DNA from: a virus
Direction: 5' to 3' (one strand)
DNA: 64,000 nucleotides
IMG/VR virus record: IMGVR_UViG_3300044825_002891
Location: 1-64,000 of that record
Under the pieces are notes generated by a model. It did not search any database and was not told where the DNA came from. It saw nothing but the letters and a program-made list of their open reading frames with translations. The stretch's first letter is position 1; each line of letters starts with the position of its first letter. Shown one piece after another: positions 56,021 to 64,000 of the stretch. A program made the translations under genes and the position numbers.

Positions 56021-57032
56021 TCCCGCTAAATATGAGGAAGCCGCAGCGGCGATTCGCAAGCGGTATGGACAGAGCGCATTGTCCGCCGCTAGTGACGCCC
56101 CGAGTGTTGCCAGGATTCCCACCGGCTCGATCGAGCTTGACTATGCGACTGGAGGCGGAGTGCCCATCGGCCGCTTTTCTCGCTTCTACGGTGGCTATTC
56201 GTCTGGCAAGAGCCTCGCGTGCTGGAACGTAATCAAGAACGCGCAGCAGCAAGGTCTGCTCTGCGCGTACTACGACGCCGAGAAGCAGTTTGATCCTAAC
56301 TTCGTGGGTCGGCTGGGCGTTGACATCGACAAGCTGATCATTGTCGAGGGCTCCATCATCGAGGATATCTGCCTGAAGATGGAGGCACTGATGGGCTCGG
56401 TTCACCTGCACGTCATCGACTCAGCGTCTCAATGCATCTCCATTCATGAGATGGAGGCGGACCTCGAAAAGGAGCGCATGGGCGGCTCGGCCCGCTTCTG
56501 GTCTGCCGGTCTCAAGCGGGTAAGTGAGATGATGGAGGCCAGTCCCGAAGGCAACACAGTCATTCTTGTCGATCAGGTGCGCGACGTGTTTGGCATGCCG
56601 GGCGCTAATCCCAAGCCCCCTGGCGGAAGGTTCATCGAACACCTGTCCAGCATGAGTCTGTTTTTCCGCCGCGGCTCGTGGCTGTATCGCGACCCCGATG
56701 GCGTGCTTACCGACGACTCGCAGAAGAAGGCAACCCTATCGGGTCTTGCTGAAGCTGACGGCATTGAGACGCAGATTCGCGTAGAGAAAAGCCGTGTCTG
56801 TAGGCCGTTCCGATCGGCCCGCGTAAGGATTGACTTTGCCGACATGGCATACGACCTGGGTTTCGAGCTTTCCAAGGCAGCTGTGTTCTTCGGTGTAGTT
56901 GAGCGCAACGGCGCTTGGTTCACCATCCCTGGTGGCGAGAAGTTTCAGGGCGAGAAGAAGCTTCGTCAGGCAATCCTTGAGGACAAGAAGCTCCAGAAGG
57001 TGATTCGAGAGGCGGTCGCAAATGCTGATTGA
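56010..57032 (+). CDS. recA: RecA-like recombinase
   Basis: IPTGS..LD...GGG.P.GR, SSGKS, DAE, VIDS, GAWF. Confidence 0.93.
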   Translation: MPVDPAKYEEAAAAIRKRYGQSALSAASDAPSVARIPTGSIELDYATGGGVPIGRFSRFYGGYSSGKSLACWNVIKNAQQQGLLCAYYDAEKQFDPNFVGRLGVDIDKLIIVEGSIIEDICLKMEALMGSVHLHVIDSASQCISIHEMEADLEKERMGGSARFWSAGLKRVSEMMEASPEGNTVILVDQVRDVFGMPGANPKPPGGRFIEHLSSMSLFFRRGSWLYRDPDGVLTDDSQKKATLSGLAEADGIETQIRVEKSRVCRPFRSARVRIDFADMAYDLGFELSKAAVFFGVVERNGAWFTIPGGEKFQGEKKLRQAILEDKKLQKVIREAVANAD

Positions 57033-57327
57033 GGACAAGGCCAACGAGCTGCGTAATGTCGAGGACCTTTGGCCCGACATTAAAGAGCACATTGCAAGCG
57101 CTGCGGTTGATGCAATGATGTCCTTGCGATCGTTCTCTGGCTCCGTTGAGCACGCTGACGTGCTTGCTGATCTTGAGCGCAAGTACCGCAAGGGAGACGA
57201 GGAGTACAACAGAGAATGGCTGAACATGAGCCTGGCAGACCTGGAGCAGGAGGTCTACCAAGAACTTCTCGATCTCGTCGTCTATCACGCGTTGATTCGC
57301 GCGAGGTTCAAGCTTGTCCAGCAGTAA
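57022..57327 (+). CDS. putative all-alpha NTP pyrophosphohydrolase-like protein
   Basis: KG.EEY...E..QELLDLVVY acidic motif. Confidence 0.45.
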   Translation: MLIEDKANELRNVEDLWPDIKEHIASAAVDAMMSLRSFSGSVEHADVLADLERKYRKGDEEYNREWLNMSLADLEQEVYQELLDLVVYHALIRARFKLVQQ

Positions 57328-57711
57328 AGAAATCGGTGACGAGTGGAGGCGGAACTCGCCAGAAAGATTGGCGGGAGGAAAGTCGCTGCCTCTGGCGCGA
57401 AGTGGCATTCTAAGCTTGACGTACGCGGCCGAAGAACTATCTGGTCAGCAAAGGCGACAGAGGCAGCAAGTTTTAGAGTTGACGCTGACATGCTTAGAGA
57501 GATGCGTGGCAGCGTTGCGACTCCGGGCGCGCTAGGTCTTGACGTAACCCCGATTCTTGCCGTGCGGACGGGCACCGGAGACGAGGTGGTGGTGATTCAG
57601 ATTGACGACTTCCTTGCTCTGATGTCGTCCGAGGAAAGTTATGGCGGGCCTCAGATCAAACCCAAGAGCAGAGATCGATCCCCACAGCTATTCAGAGAAA
57701 GCGACGACTAA
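57314..57711 (+). CDS. Hjc-like Holliday junction resolvase, apparently frameshifted near 57346
   Basis: N-terminal SKEIGDEW in one frame, EAELARKIGGRKVAASGA..KLDV..SAK in the -1 frame. Confidence 0.65.
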
Positions 57712-58677
57712 GTGGCAGTGAGTAGATTTGAAATGTTCGCTGAGCTTGGTCTCATCAAGGTTGTTGAGCCAACTACTCAGGCTGCATACGAAACTGTTGC
57801 CGAAAACGAATGGCGCTCAGAGTTCACAGAGGCGCCGCATGGACAGCCATGGCACACCTCGTTTCACGCCTCGCAGTTTCCCGGCGGGGACGACAGGGCG
57901 TGCCCCAGAAAAGCCATGTACTCGCTAATGAACGTGCCCAGGCCAAAGCCGATCGACAGGGGCGGCAGGACCGTCATGGCCGCTGGCCGCGGGATCGAGT
58001 ACGAGCTTGTCAAGACTTTCCATGATGCTGGAGTGCTTCTTTCGGCTGACCCCGACAATCCCGTTCAGACGGGCTTCGTGGATGCCGAGCATTGGCTCAC
58101 AGGCAACACCGATGCCGTGATTCTTCCGGCGGGCTGGAGCAAGGGTCATGTGGTTGAGGTCAAGTCCAAAGACCATGATGTCGTGACTGCCATGAGAAAT
58201 GGCGAGAGGGGCCCAGACCCGGAGCACGTTCGGCAGGTCAAGACTTACATTGGTATGGCCAACGAGGCAAGCGCCGAGCTGTGGCCTGAGCTTGAGCCGG
58301 TGGACACAGGCAGCATCTTCTACCTCAGTCGCAACAGGCCATCAATCACCGCCGAGTTCTTCTTTCACATGGACGAGGAGATCCTTGCCGACGGCAAGGT
58401 CAAGCTCGCCCAATGGCAACAGTGGTTTATCGACGACCACCTTCCGCCCCGTCCAATCGACTGGATGTGGACTGAGGAGCCCTGCAAATACTGCCAGTAC
58501 AAGAATCTCAAGCTAAAAGACGGGTCTAGGGCGGGTTGCAAGGAAGACAACGTGCTCAAGATCGATCGCCTGTCCCAGTCAACCGCTATTCAGTTTGCAT
58601 CTGAGCTCAACACCGACTATGACTACGACCTGGCGAAGGCCGCTGTGCTCGCCAGATGGGAGAAGAGGGATGGATGA
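57712..58677 (+). CDS. Cas4-like PD-(D/E)xK exonuclease
   Basis: HAS...CPRK, G..D, VEVKS, QVKTY, CKYCQY...C. Confidence 0.85.
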   Translation: MAVSRFEMFAELGLIKVVEPTTQAAYETVAENEWRSEFTEAPHGQPWHTSFHASQFPGGDDRACPRKAMYSLMNVPRPKPIDRGGRTVMAAGRGIEYELVKTFHDAGVLLSADPDNPVQTGFVDAEHWLTGNTDAVILPAGWSKGHVVEVKSKDHDVVTAMRNGERGPDPEHVRQVKTYIGMANEASAELWPELEPVDTGSIFYLSRNRPSITAEFFFHMDEEILADGKVKLAQWQQWFIDDHLPPRPIDWMWTEEPCKYCQYKNLKLKDGSRAGCKEDNVLKIDRLSQSTAIQFASELNTDYDYDLAKAAVLARWEKRDG

Positions 58678-59497
58678 AGTCAGACTTTCAGTAGACCAGG
58701 CAACGGCGATCATTGCAGAAGCGAAGAACGATGGGTCGTACTCTGATCCGATGCCGGTTGATGAGCGCGAGAGAATCGCAGAGGCAACAGCGATCTATCA
58801 GCAGGCGGTGAACGCCGCCAAGAACGATGTCAAGATCGATGCTGTGTACAGGATCATCGCCATTGCGCACGACGAAGACGCCCCGTTCAGCGTTCCGGAA
58901 CCTGAAACAGAAGAGGTCGAAAACACCCCCGAGGAGCCTGTTGAGAAGCAGGAGCTGGACTTCGTGATGGAAGAGCCCGCCCAGGAAGCTCCCAAGCCCG
59001 CAAAGAAGCCGAAGAAGCCTGCGCCAAAGCAGGAGGATCAGCGCATGCAGATCGATGATTTCTTCGCCAAGGAGCGACTGCCCATTCCGGCTAGCCCAGA
59101 CTGGGAGATCACTCCGGTCCCCGCTGATCTCACGACGCTATCCGATGTTGAAATGCGGCGCATGCATGGCCAGTATCACGCCTACTACGTCCGCGCCGCC
59201 TACCTCCTGGCCCAGGAAGAGAACGATCTCAATGTGGCCGAGCACGAGCACGAGACAGCTTTTGCAATGGCGATTAGAGACATTGGTGGTGACAAGATCA
59301 CCGCTGCCAAGACTGAGGCCGCACTTGCTCCGGAAGTTCTTAAGTGGAAAAAGAAAGTGCTTGAGCACTCTGCTGCCGTAAAGCAGCTGAAGGCTCTTGC
59401 CGCTATCTACGACTCGACCTGCAACAGGCTGAGTCGCGAGTGGACCATGCGCTCTGACGAGCGCTCGACATCCGGCAATCTGTTCAGCAACAGGTAG
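58670..59497 (+). CDS. hypothetical protein with C-terminal coiled coil (possible recombination mediator)
   Basis: Helical C-terminus ending RLSRE.TMR; recombination cluster. Confidence 0.6.
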   Translation: MDEVRLSVDQATAIIAEAKNDGSYSDPMPVDERERIAEATAIYQQAVNAAKNDVKIDAVYRIIAIAHDEDAPFSVPEPETEEVENTPEEPVEKQELDFVMEEPAQEAPKPAKKPKKPAPKQEDQRMQIDDFFAKERLPIPASPDWEITPVPADLTTLSDVEMRRMHGQYHAYYVRAAYLLAQEENDLNVAEHEHETAFAMAIRDIGGDKITAAKTEAALAPEVLKWKKKVLEHSAAVKQLKALAAIYDSTCNRLSREWTMRSDERSTSGNLFSNR

Positions 59498-59506
59498 GAG
59501 AAGAGG

Positions 59507-59659
59507 ATGACCAAGCAGGAAACAAATCAAACGCTGTTGAGAATCACAGGGGTCATGGTTCTCAGCGTGTTTGCCGTGGTCTTCAGTGTGTTCTTTGGGC
59601 TGCTTGCCCGGATCACATGGGAGGGTTTCTCCTGGGGCTGGAGTCTTTTCGGCCTGTGA
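59507..59659 (+). CDS. small membrane protein (50 aa, not in ORF track)
   Basis: MTKQETNQTLLRITGVMVLSVFAVVFSVFFGLLARITW...; SD; GTGA overlap. Confidence 0.6.
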   Translation: MTKQETNQTLLRITGVMVLSVFAVVFSVFFGLLARITWEGFSWGWSLFGL

Positions 59660-60141
59660 TTGCCGGTATTGATGTCTCGACAAAGTCGATCGCGCTTGTT
59701 GTGCTGTCGTCCAAGACCGGTGACATTTCAAGGTTCGACGAGTTCTTGATTCCTGACCTGAGGAAACTAGGCGGAAACAAGGCTGAGCGCTGCCGAGTCA
59801 TTGCAGAGACTGGGTTCCCGGCCGCACTAAAGCGAGTGACGGTTGTGTATGTCGAACAGCCGATGGGGAGGCAAGTGAAGGGGGTCGCGGAGGTTGAAAG
59901 GGTGGTCGGGTCTGTTATTGCCTCGGTCCCCAAAAAGACTTCCGTAAGCCTGATCACGCCAGCAGAGTGGAAGAAAGCAGTTGGTCTCAAGGGCAATGCT
60001 CAGAAAGACGACATCAGGGCGTTTGCCGATGAGCTCTATCCAGTGCTTTCTGAGTCAAGCCAAGATCTGCACGACGCTGCGCTGATTGCGCGATCGTGCT
60101 TCGTGGAAGGAGGAAGAGTTGGCGTCCAAGAAGATTGCTGA
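59656..60141 (+). CDS. RuvC-like resolvase
   Basis: IAGIDVST, YVEQP, P.EWKKAVG..GNA.KDD, D..DA..IA. Confidence 0.88.
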   Translation: MIAGIDVSTKSIALVVLSSKTGDISRFDEFLIPDLRKLGGNKAERCRVIAETGFPAALKRVTVVYVEQPMGRQVKGVAEVERVVGSVIASVPKKTSVSLITPAEWKKAVGLKGNAQKDDIRAFADELYPVLSESSQDLHDAALIARSCFVEGGRVGVQEDC

Positions 60142-60496
60142 CATGGCTCGACAGTGTCCGCCCAACGACAAGCATCACAGAAACGACTTTGCACCAAGGT
60201 CGCATGATCACCTCTTGCCAGTTGGTCCGTTCAGGATGTGGCTCACGCATCTTATGAACGAGCAAAGCATGCAGATAACGGAGCTGGCAGAGCTTGTTCA
60301 GCTCAACGAAAGAAGCTTGAGAAGAATCCTGGGCACGCCGTCAAAAGCCAAGTCCGGCAAAATGAAAGTCCAGCAGGAAGTCTCTCTTGATGTTGTTGAC
60401 TGGGCCCTCACAAAGGCTGACGGATATACCCAGCTGTGGCATCTCTACCCGGAGCTGTACGAGACTACTGATTCCGATATAGAGATTTCTGCTTGA
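60119..60496 (+). CDS. HTH DNA-binding protein
   Basis: ITELAELVQLNERSLRRIL. Confidence 0.6.
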   Translation: MASKKIADMARQCPPNDKHHRNDFAPRSHDHLLPVGPFRMWLTHLMNEQSMQITELAELVQLNERSLRRILGTPSKAKSGKMKVQQEVSLDVVDWALTKADGYTQLWHLYPELYETTDSDIEISA

Positions 60497-60517
60497 CACC
60501 GCAACAATGCTCATGTA

Positions 60518-60967
60518 ATGCAAATCTCTGACGAGGAACGCAAGCGCCGCTCCCAGATGGCACGGGAGCTTCACGCTCAAGGCAAGTTCGGTGGCAGGCA
60601 GCCGGGTTCTGGCAGGCCAAAGAAGAAGCGCGCGTCTGAGATTGTTGCAGAGCAGGCTCGTGTCGAAGCAGAGAACATCATCGAGGTGTTCCGTGACTCG
60701 ATCCGCTCAGACAATCCTGCCAGCGTGCGCCTCAATGCGGCCCGTGAGTGGCTCAAGATCGAACAATCAGAGGCCGATTTACAGCTGCGCGAAGAGCGCC
60801 AGCTAGAGGGACTTTCTACAAACCAGCTGGTTGAGATGATCATGGGCAGACTTACCCGTGTTCAGGAGTTTGGTGGAGTGCTTCCGGAAGAACTAGCCGG
60901 TTTTCTTGAAGGTCCAGACGAAGAGACCCAGGTCGTAGAAGCTGAGTCTGTAGAGGTCGAAGAGTAG
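60518..60967 (+). CDS. terS: terminase small subunit
   Basis: GG..PGSGRPKK; directly upstream of terL. Confidence 0.7.
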   Translation: MQISDEERKRRSQMARELHAQGKFGGRQPGSGRPKKKRASEIVAEQARVEAENIIEVFRDSIRSDNPASVRLNAAREWLKIEQSEADLQLREERQLEGLSTNQLVEMIMGRLTRVQEFGGVLPEELAGFLEGPDEETQVVEAESVEVEE

Positions 60968-62760
60968 TGTCCGACCAGATGCGGGAGGCGCTGGGCCAGC
61001 TTTCCAAGCAGGAGCTGCTGGAGCTGGCCAAGATGGCGGCTGTTATTGAGCAGCGTGTGGTGTCTGGCGCCCCCATGAATGACGACGAGCTGCATACGTG
61101 GGTCAAGTCAGAGCTTGGCGTTGATATCCCCAGGGAGGCAGTGTGCGATGGACATCATGCGCCGTTCGATTTCGTCGCTGACTTCTTCTTTGAGCGTCAA
61201 AATAGTGGGATTGTTGTTGCTAATCGAGGTGGCTCGAAAACATTCGGTGTTGCGATCCTCCACTATCTCAACGGCAAGTTCAAGGCAGGGATCGAGGGGT
61301 TTACCTTCGGCGCCACCGAGGCCCAGTCCAAGCGTGCCTACGCCCACCTCAAGGATCTCATCCGCAAGAAGAATGATGACGAGATTGAATCGTCTCTGGA
61401 GTCGATGACCAAGTGGAAGAACGGCTCTAGCGTCGAAATCGTTCCCGGTACCATTCGCGCTGTCAACGGCCCACACCCTCAGGTTGTGCACGCCGATGAG
61501 GTCGAGCTCATGGACGAGGATGTGTTCTACGAGTCCCGCAACATGGCGCAGTCCAAGACGATCGACGGGCGTTTTCTTCGTGCTCAGAACATCATCACGT
61601 CTACGCGCAAGAGAGCCGCTGGTCTAATGCAGAGGCTTGTCGATGAAGTGATGGATGCGGAGCTTCAGGGAAAAGAGCCGCCATACAAGCTCTACACCTG
61701 GTGCATCTTCGAGACAGCTCAGAACGTGCCTAACTGTCAGAAGGCAAACCCGGATCTTCCTCCGGGCAAGCGTTGCCCCTGCGACACAATCAAGAGAGGC
61801 AAGCTCGACGGCGGCGTTGATCGCACGCTTGCTGATGTCTGCAATGGCAGGCTCGCCAGATCCCAGGGATGGATCGACTTCGACGATGTGATCAAGCTGT
61901 TTCTCTCTAACACTCCTGAAATGTGGGAGGCCCAGCAGGAGTGCAAGAAGCCTTCCACGTCCGGCATGGTCGTGCCCTCTTTTACCAGAGAGCGGCACTG
62001 CATCAAGAACTTCGAGGTGGACCCGGGCAACGGTCCTATTTACCAGGGTATTGACTTCGGCGGAACAAACCCGCATGCCGTCCTGTTTGTGCAAGTGCTA
62101 GAGCATGAAGTAGATGTGGAGATGTGGAGCGGCGGAACAAAGCGCTTGCGCCAGGGAACCCATGTTTACTTCGATGAGATCTACAAGGCCGAGATCAGCA
62201 ACAACAAGCTTGCTGACCTGATTTGCGATCGTGAGCTTGCGTGGCGCAAGGCAGCACCCGGATTCAAGGTCCACTCCCGTTTCTGCGACCCCCAGGGCAA
62301 GGCTGCGAGGCTTGACCTCAGAAACCACAACCCGCCACTCCCCAGTGTTTGGTACACAACCAGAGATGTACGAGAGCACATCAAGCTGGTAAACGAGCTG
62401 TACAACGACGACATGATCGTTATTGATGCCAGCAGATGCCTCATGATGGTTGAAGAAATCGAGGCATGGCATTACCCCAAAGGTCGATCGTCCTCTGTCG
62501 ATGATCCGGAGATTCCGGTCAACGACTTCGATCATGCAATGTCCGCAATGCGTTACTCCATTGCGAATATCGCACGTATGGCCGGTAGATCGACCGCGGC
62601 GCTAGCCCCGATTTCAAGTGGTAGCGGTCACACAACTGCAAGTTTCTTACGGGACGTGCAGAAAAGTATCTCTACAGGCACGTATAGAAACTCGAATTCC
62701 ACAAGGCTTCCGAGGTCTGAACGCTGGCGCGCGACCTTCGGTAGCGATAGACTGGAGTAG
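60967..62760 (+). CDS. terL: terminase large subunit
   Basis: NRGGSKT, HADEVE, STRK, GIDFG..NP, CDP, DHAMSAMRY. Confidence 0.93.
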   Translation: MSDQMREALGQLSKQELLELAKMAAVIEQRVVSGAPMNDDELHTWVKSELGVDIPREAVCDGHHAPFDFVADFFFERQNSGIVVANRGGSKTFGVAILHYLNGKFKAGIEGFTFGATEAQSKRAYAHLKDLIRKKNDDEIESSLESMTKWKNGSSVEIVPGTIRAVNGPHPQVVHADEVELMDEDVFYESRNMAQSKTIDGRFLRAQNIITSTRKRAAGLMQRLVDEVMDAELQGKEPPYKLYTWCIFETAQNVPNCQKANPDLPPGKRCPCDTIKRGKLDGGVDRTLADVCNGRLARSQGWIDFDDVIKLFLSNTPEMWEAQQECKKPSTSGMVVPSFTRERHCIKNFEVDPGNGPIYQGIDFGGTNPHAVLFVQVLEHEVDVEMWSGGTKRLRQGTHVYFDEIYKAEISNNKLADLICDRELAWRKAAPGFKVHSRFCDPQGKAARLDLRNHNPPLPSVWYTTRDVREHIKLVNELYNDDMIVIDASRCLMMVEEIEAWHYPKGRSSSVDDPEIPVNDFDHAMSAMRYSIANIARMAGRSTAALAPISSGSGHTTASFLRDVQKSISTGTYRNSNSTRLPRSERWRATFGSDRLE

Positions 62761-62762
62761 TA

Positions 62763-64000
62763 ATGGCAGTTGACCCACTGGACCGCGTGCGCCAAATGTC
62801 TGAGGCGAAGCGCAGGCAGCTCACAACCGATCGCGGTCCCACTTCGCGTCAGCGCTCTGTCGATTATACGACATTTTACAGGCTTGGTACAAGCACGCTG
62901 GAAGAGTGGAACTGGACAAGCATTCCGCTTTCCAAGATTTACCAGATGCGCTGTGACCCGATGCTGGCTTTCGGACTTCAGTTCATCAAGGTGCCGCTGG
63001 TTCGCGCCCCCTGGTACATCGAGTGCGAGGACGCCAAGATCGCCGCGTTCGTTGACGGTGCCCTGCGCGAGATCTGGAACAGCTTTGTCTTCCAGTACAC
63101 CAACTGCTACGACTTCGGCTACTCCCCTATCATCAAGAACTTTGCTTTCGCCAAGCCCAACTGGATGTATGTGGACCCCACGGACATGCGGGAGCCGGAG
63201 AAGAAAGCTTGGGACAACGGCAACATTGACGCCATTGTTTGGAAGCCGTTCACGGGTGTCGCCCCGGAGCACGCGATGCCGAAGTGGAACTCAAGCGGTG
63301 AGTTTGACGGTTTCCTGTGGAGTAACCCCGGTGTGATCGCCGGTACGTTCAGCGAGGATGATTCCTACAAGGTCCCGGTTGATCGCGCTTTGTGGGCCAC
63401 AAACCAGAAAGAGAAAGTCTTCGGGTCGCTGTATGGCGAGTCCATGCTGACTCCCGCCTACCGCTACTGGTGGTCGTACTGGTTCCGAATGGCCCTGGCC
63501 GACCGCGCGTTCGAGCGGCACGTTGACCCGGCAATGGTCGTCTACTTCCCGCCCGACCCCGTTATCGATGACGAGACTGGCGAAGAGCTCAATGTCCGGG
63601 CTTCTGCGATCAGTGTGTTTGAGCAGGCTCGTTCGGGTTCTACCATTGCTCTCCCCAACAGCAGACTCACGGATCCAGAGGGCAAGCCCGGCGATCGTGA
63701 GTGGGCTTGGGAGCAGCTGCGTTCTGATACGAACTTCCAGGCGCTTGCCGAGTCGCTTGATTATCTCGATGTGATGAAGCTGCGCTCCCTCGCTGTTCCA
63801 GAGCAGGCCCTCATCGAGGGCTCTGGCGGCACGTCGAGCCGTAATGTTGCGGCCCAGATGGGCGACAAGCTCTTTGAGAGCCAGTACGTCCGCATGCTGG
63901 AGATTGACGAGCACTGCAATCGCTACCTGATTCCGCAGCTGGTTGCGCTCAACTTCCCCGAGTACACTGGCACAGTGCGCAAGGTGACGAGAGGCTTCGC
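62763..64000 (+). CDS. portal protein (Mu gp29/DUF935-like), truncated by window end
   Basis: Open frame from ATG 62763; DP.LA..L..IK.P, FGYS, YGES.L..AYRYW. Confidence 0.85.
   Translation, partial: MAVDPLDRVRQMSEAKRRQLTTDRGPTSRQRSVDYTTFYRLGTSTLEEWNWTSIPLSKIYQMRCDPMLAFGLQFIKVPLVRAPWYIECEDAKIAAFVDGALREIWNSFVFQYTNCYDFGYSPIIKNFAFAKPNWMYVDPTDMREPEKKAWDNGNIDAIVWKPFTGVAPEHAMPKWNSSGEFDGFLWSNPGVIAGTFSEDDSYKVPVDRALWATNQKEKVFGSLYGESMLTPAYRYWWSYWFRMALADRAFERHVDPAMVVYFPPDPVIDDETGEELNVRASAISVFEQARSGSTIALPNSRLTDPEGKPGDREWAWEQLRSDTNFQALAESLDYLDVMKLRSLAVPEQALIEGSGGTSSRNVAAQMGDKLFESQYVRMLEIDEHCNRYLIPQLVALNFPEYTGTVRKVTRGF

Noticed and set aside
57712-58677. CRISPR-Cas system suggested by the Cas4-like gene
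   Set aside because: Solo Cas4-like exonucleases are common in phage recombination modules; no array or other cas genes were seen
61700-61860. Cys-rich insert in terL, and a Cys/His insert in the SF2 helicase, as inteins
   Set aside because: Short, without intein terminal motifs; more likely Zn-binding inserts

Overview
This window is a large part of a tailed-phage genome with siphovirus-type tail genes. The host is probably an actinobacterium, judged from high GC, leaderless TANNNT promoters, CCA-less tRNAs and a U1-A72 tRNA-Gln. Order: four-tRNA array with a P-loop kinase; small accessory genes (Zn-ribbons, HTHs, a secreted lytic transglycosylase, a candidate structured ncRNA, methyltransferase plus GT4 glycosyltransferase, a degenerate endonuclease IV); an ~14 kb array of modular fibre genes followed by two DUF6065-like genes; head genes (double HiPIP-like protein, Mu-I-type protease with nested scaffold, decoration protein, major capsid protein); tail genes (tube, -1 frameshifted chaperone, 2604-aa tape measure with NlpC/P60, Dit, minor tail); a divergent SF2 helicase; replication/recombination genes (DnaB, primase, SSB, tRNA-Leu, DnaE, RecA, Hjc-like, Cas4-like, RuvC-like); and terS, terL and a truncated portal. 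The most unusual feature is the fibre array, where two classes of N-terminal module are combined with a shared set of C-terminal tip domains. All family calls come from motif recognition by eye; no database searches were run.
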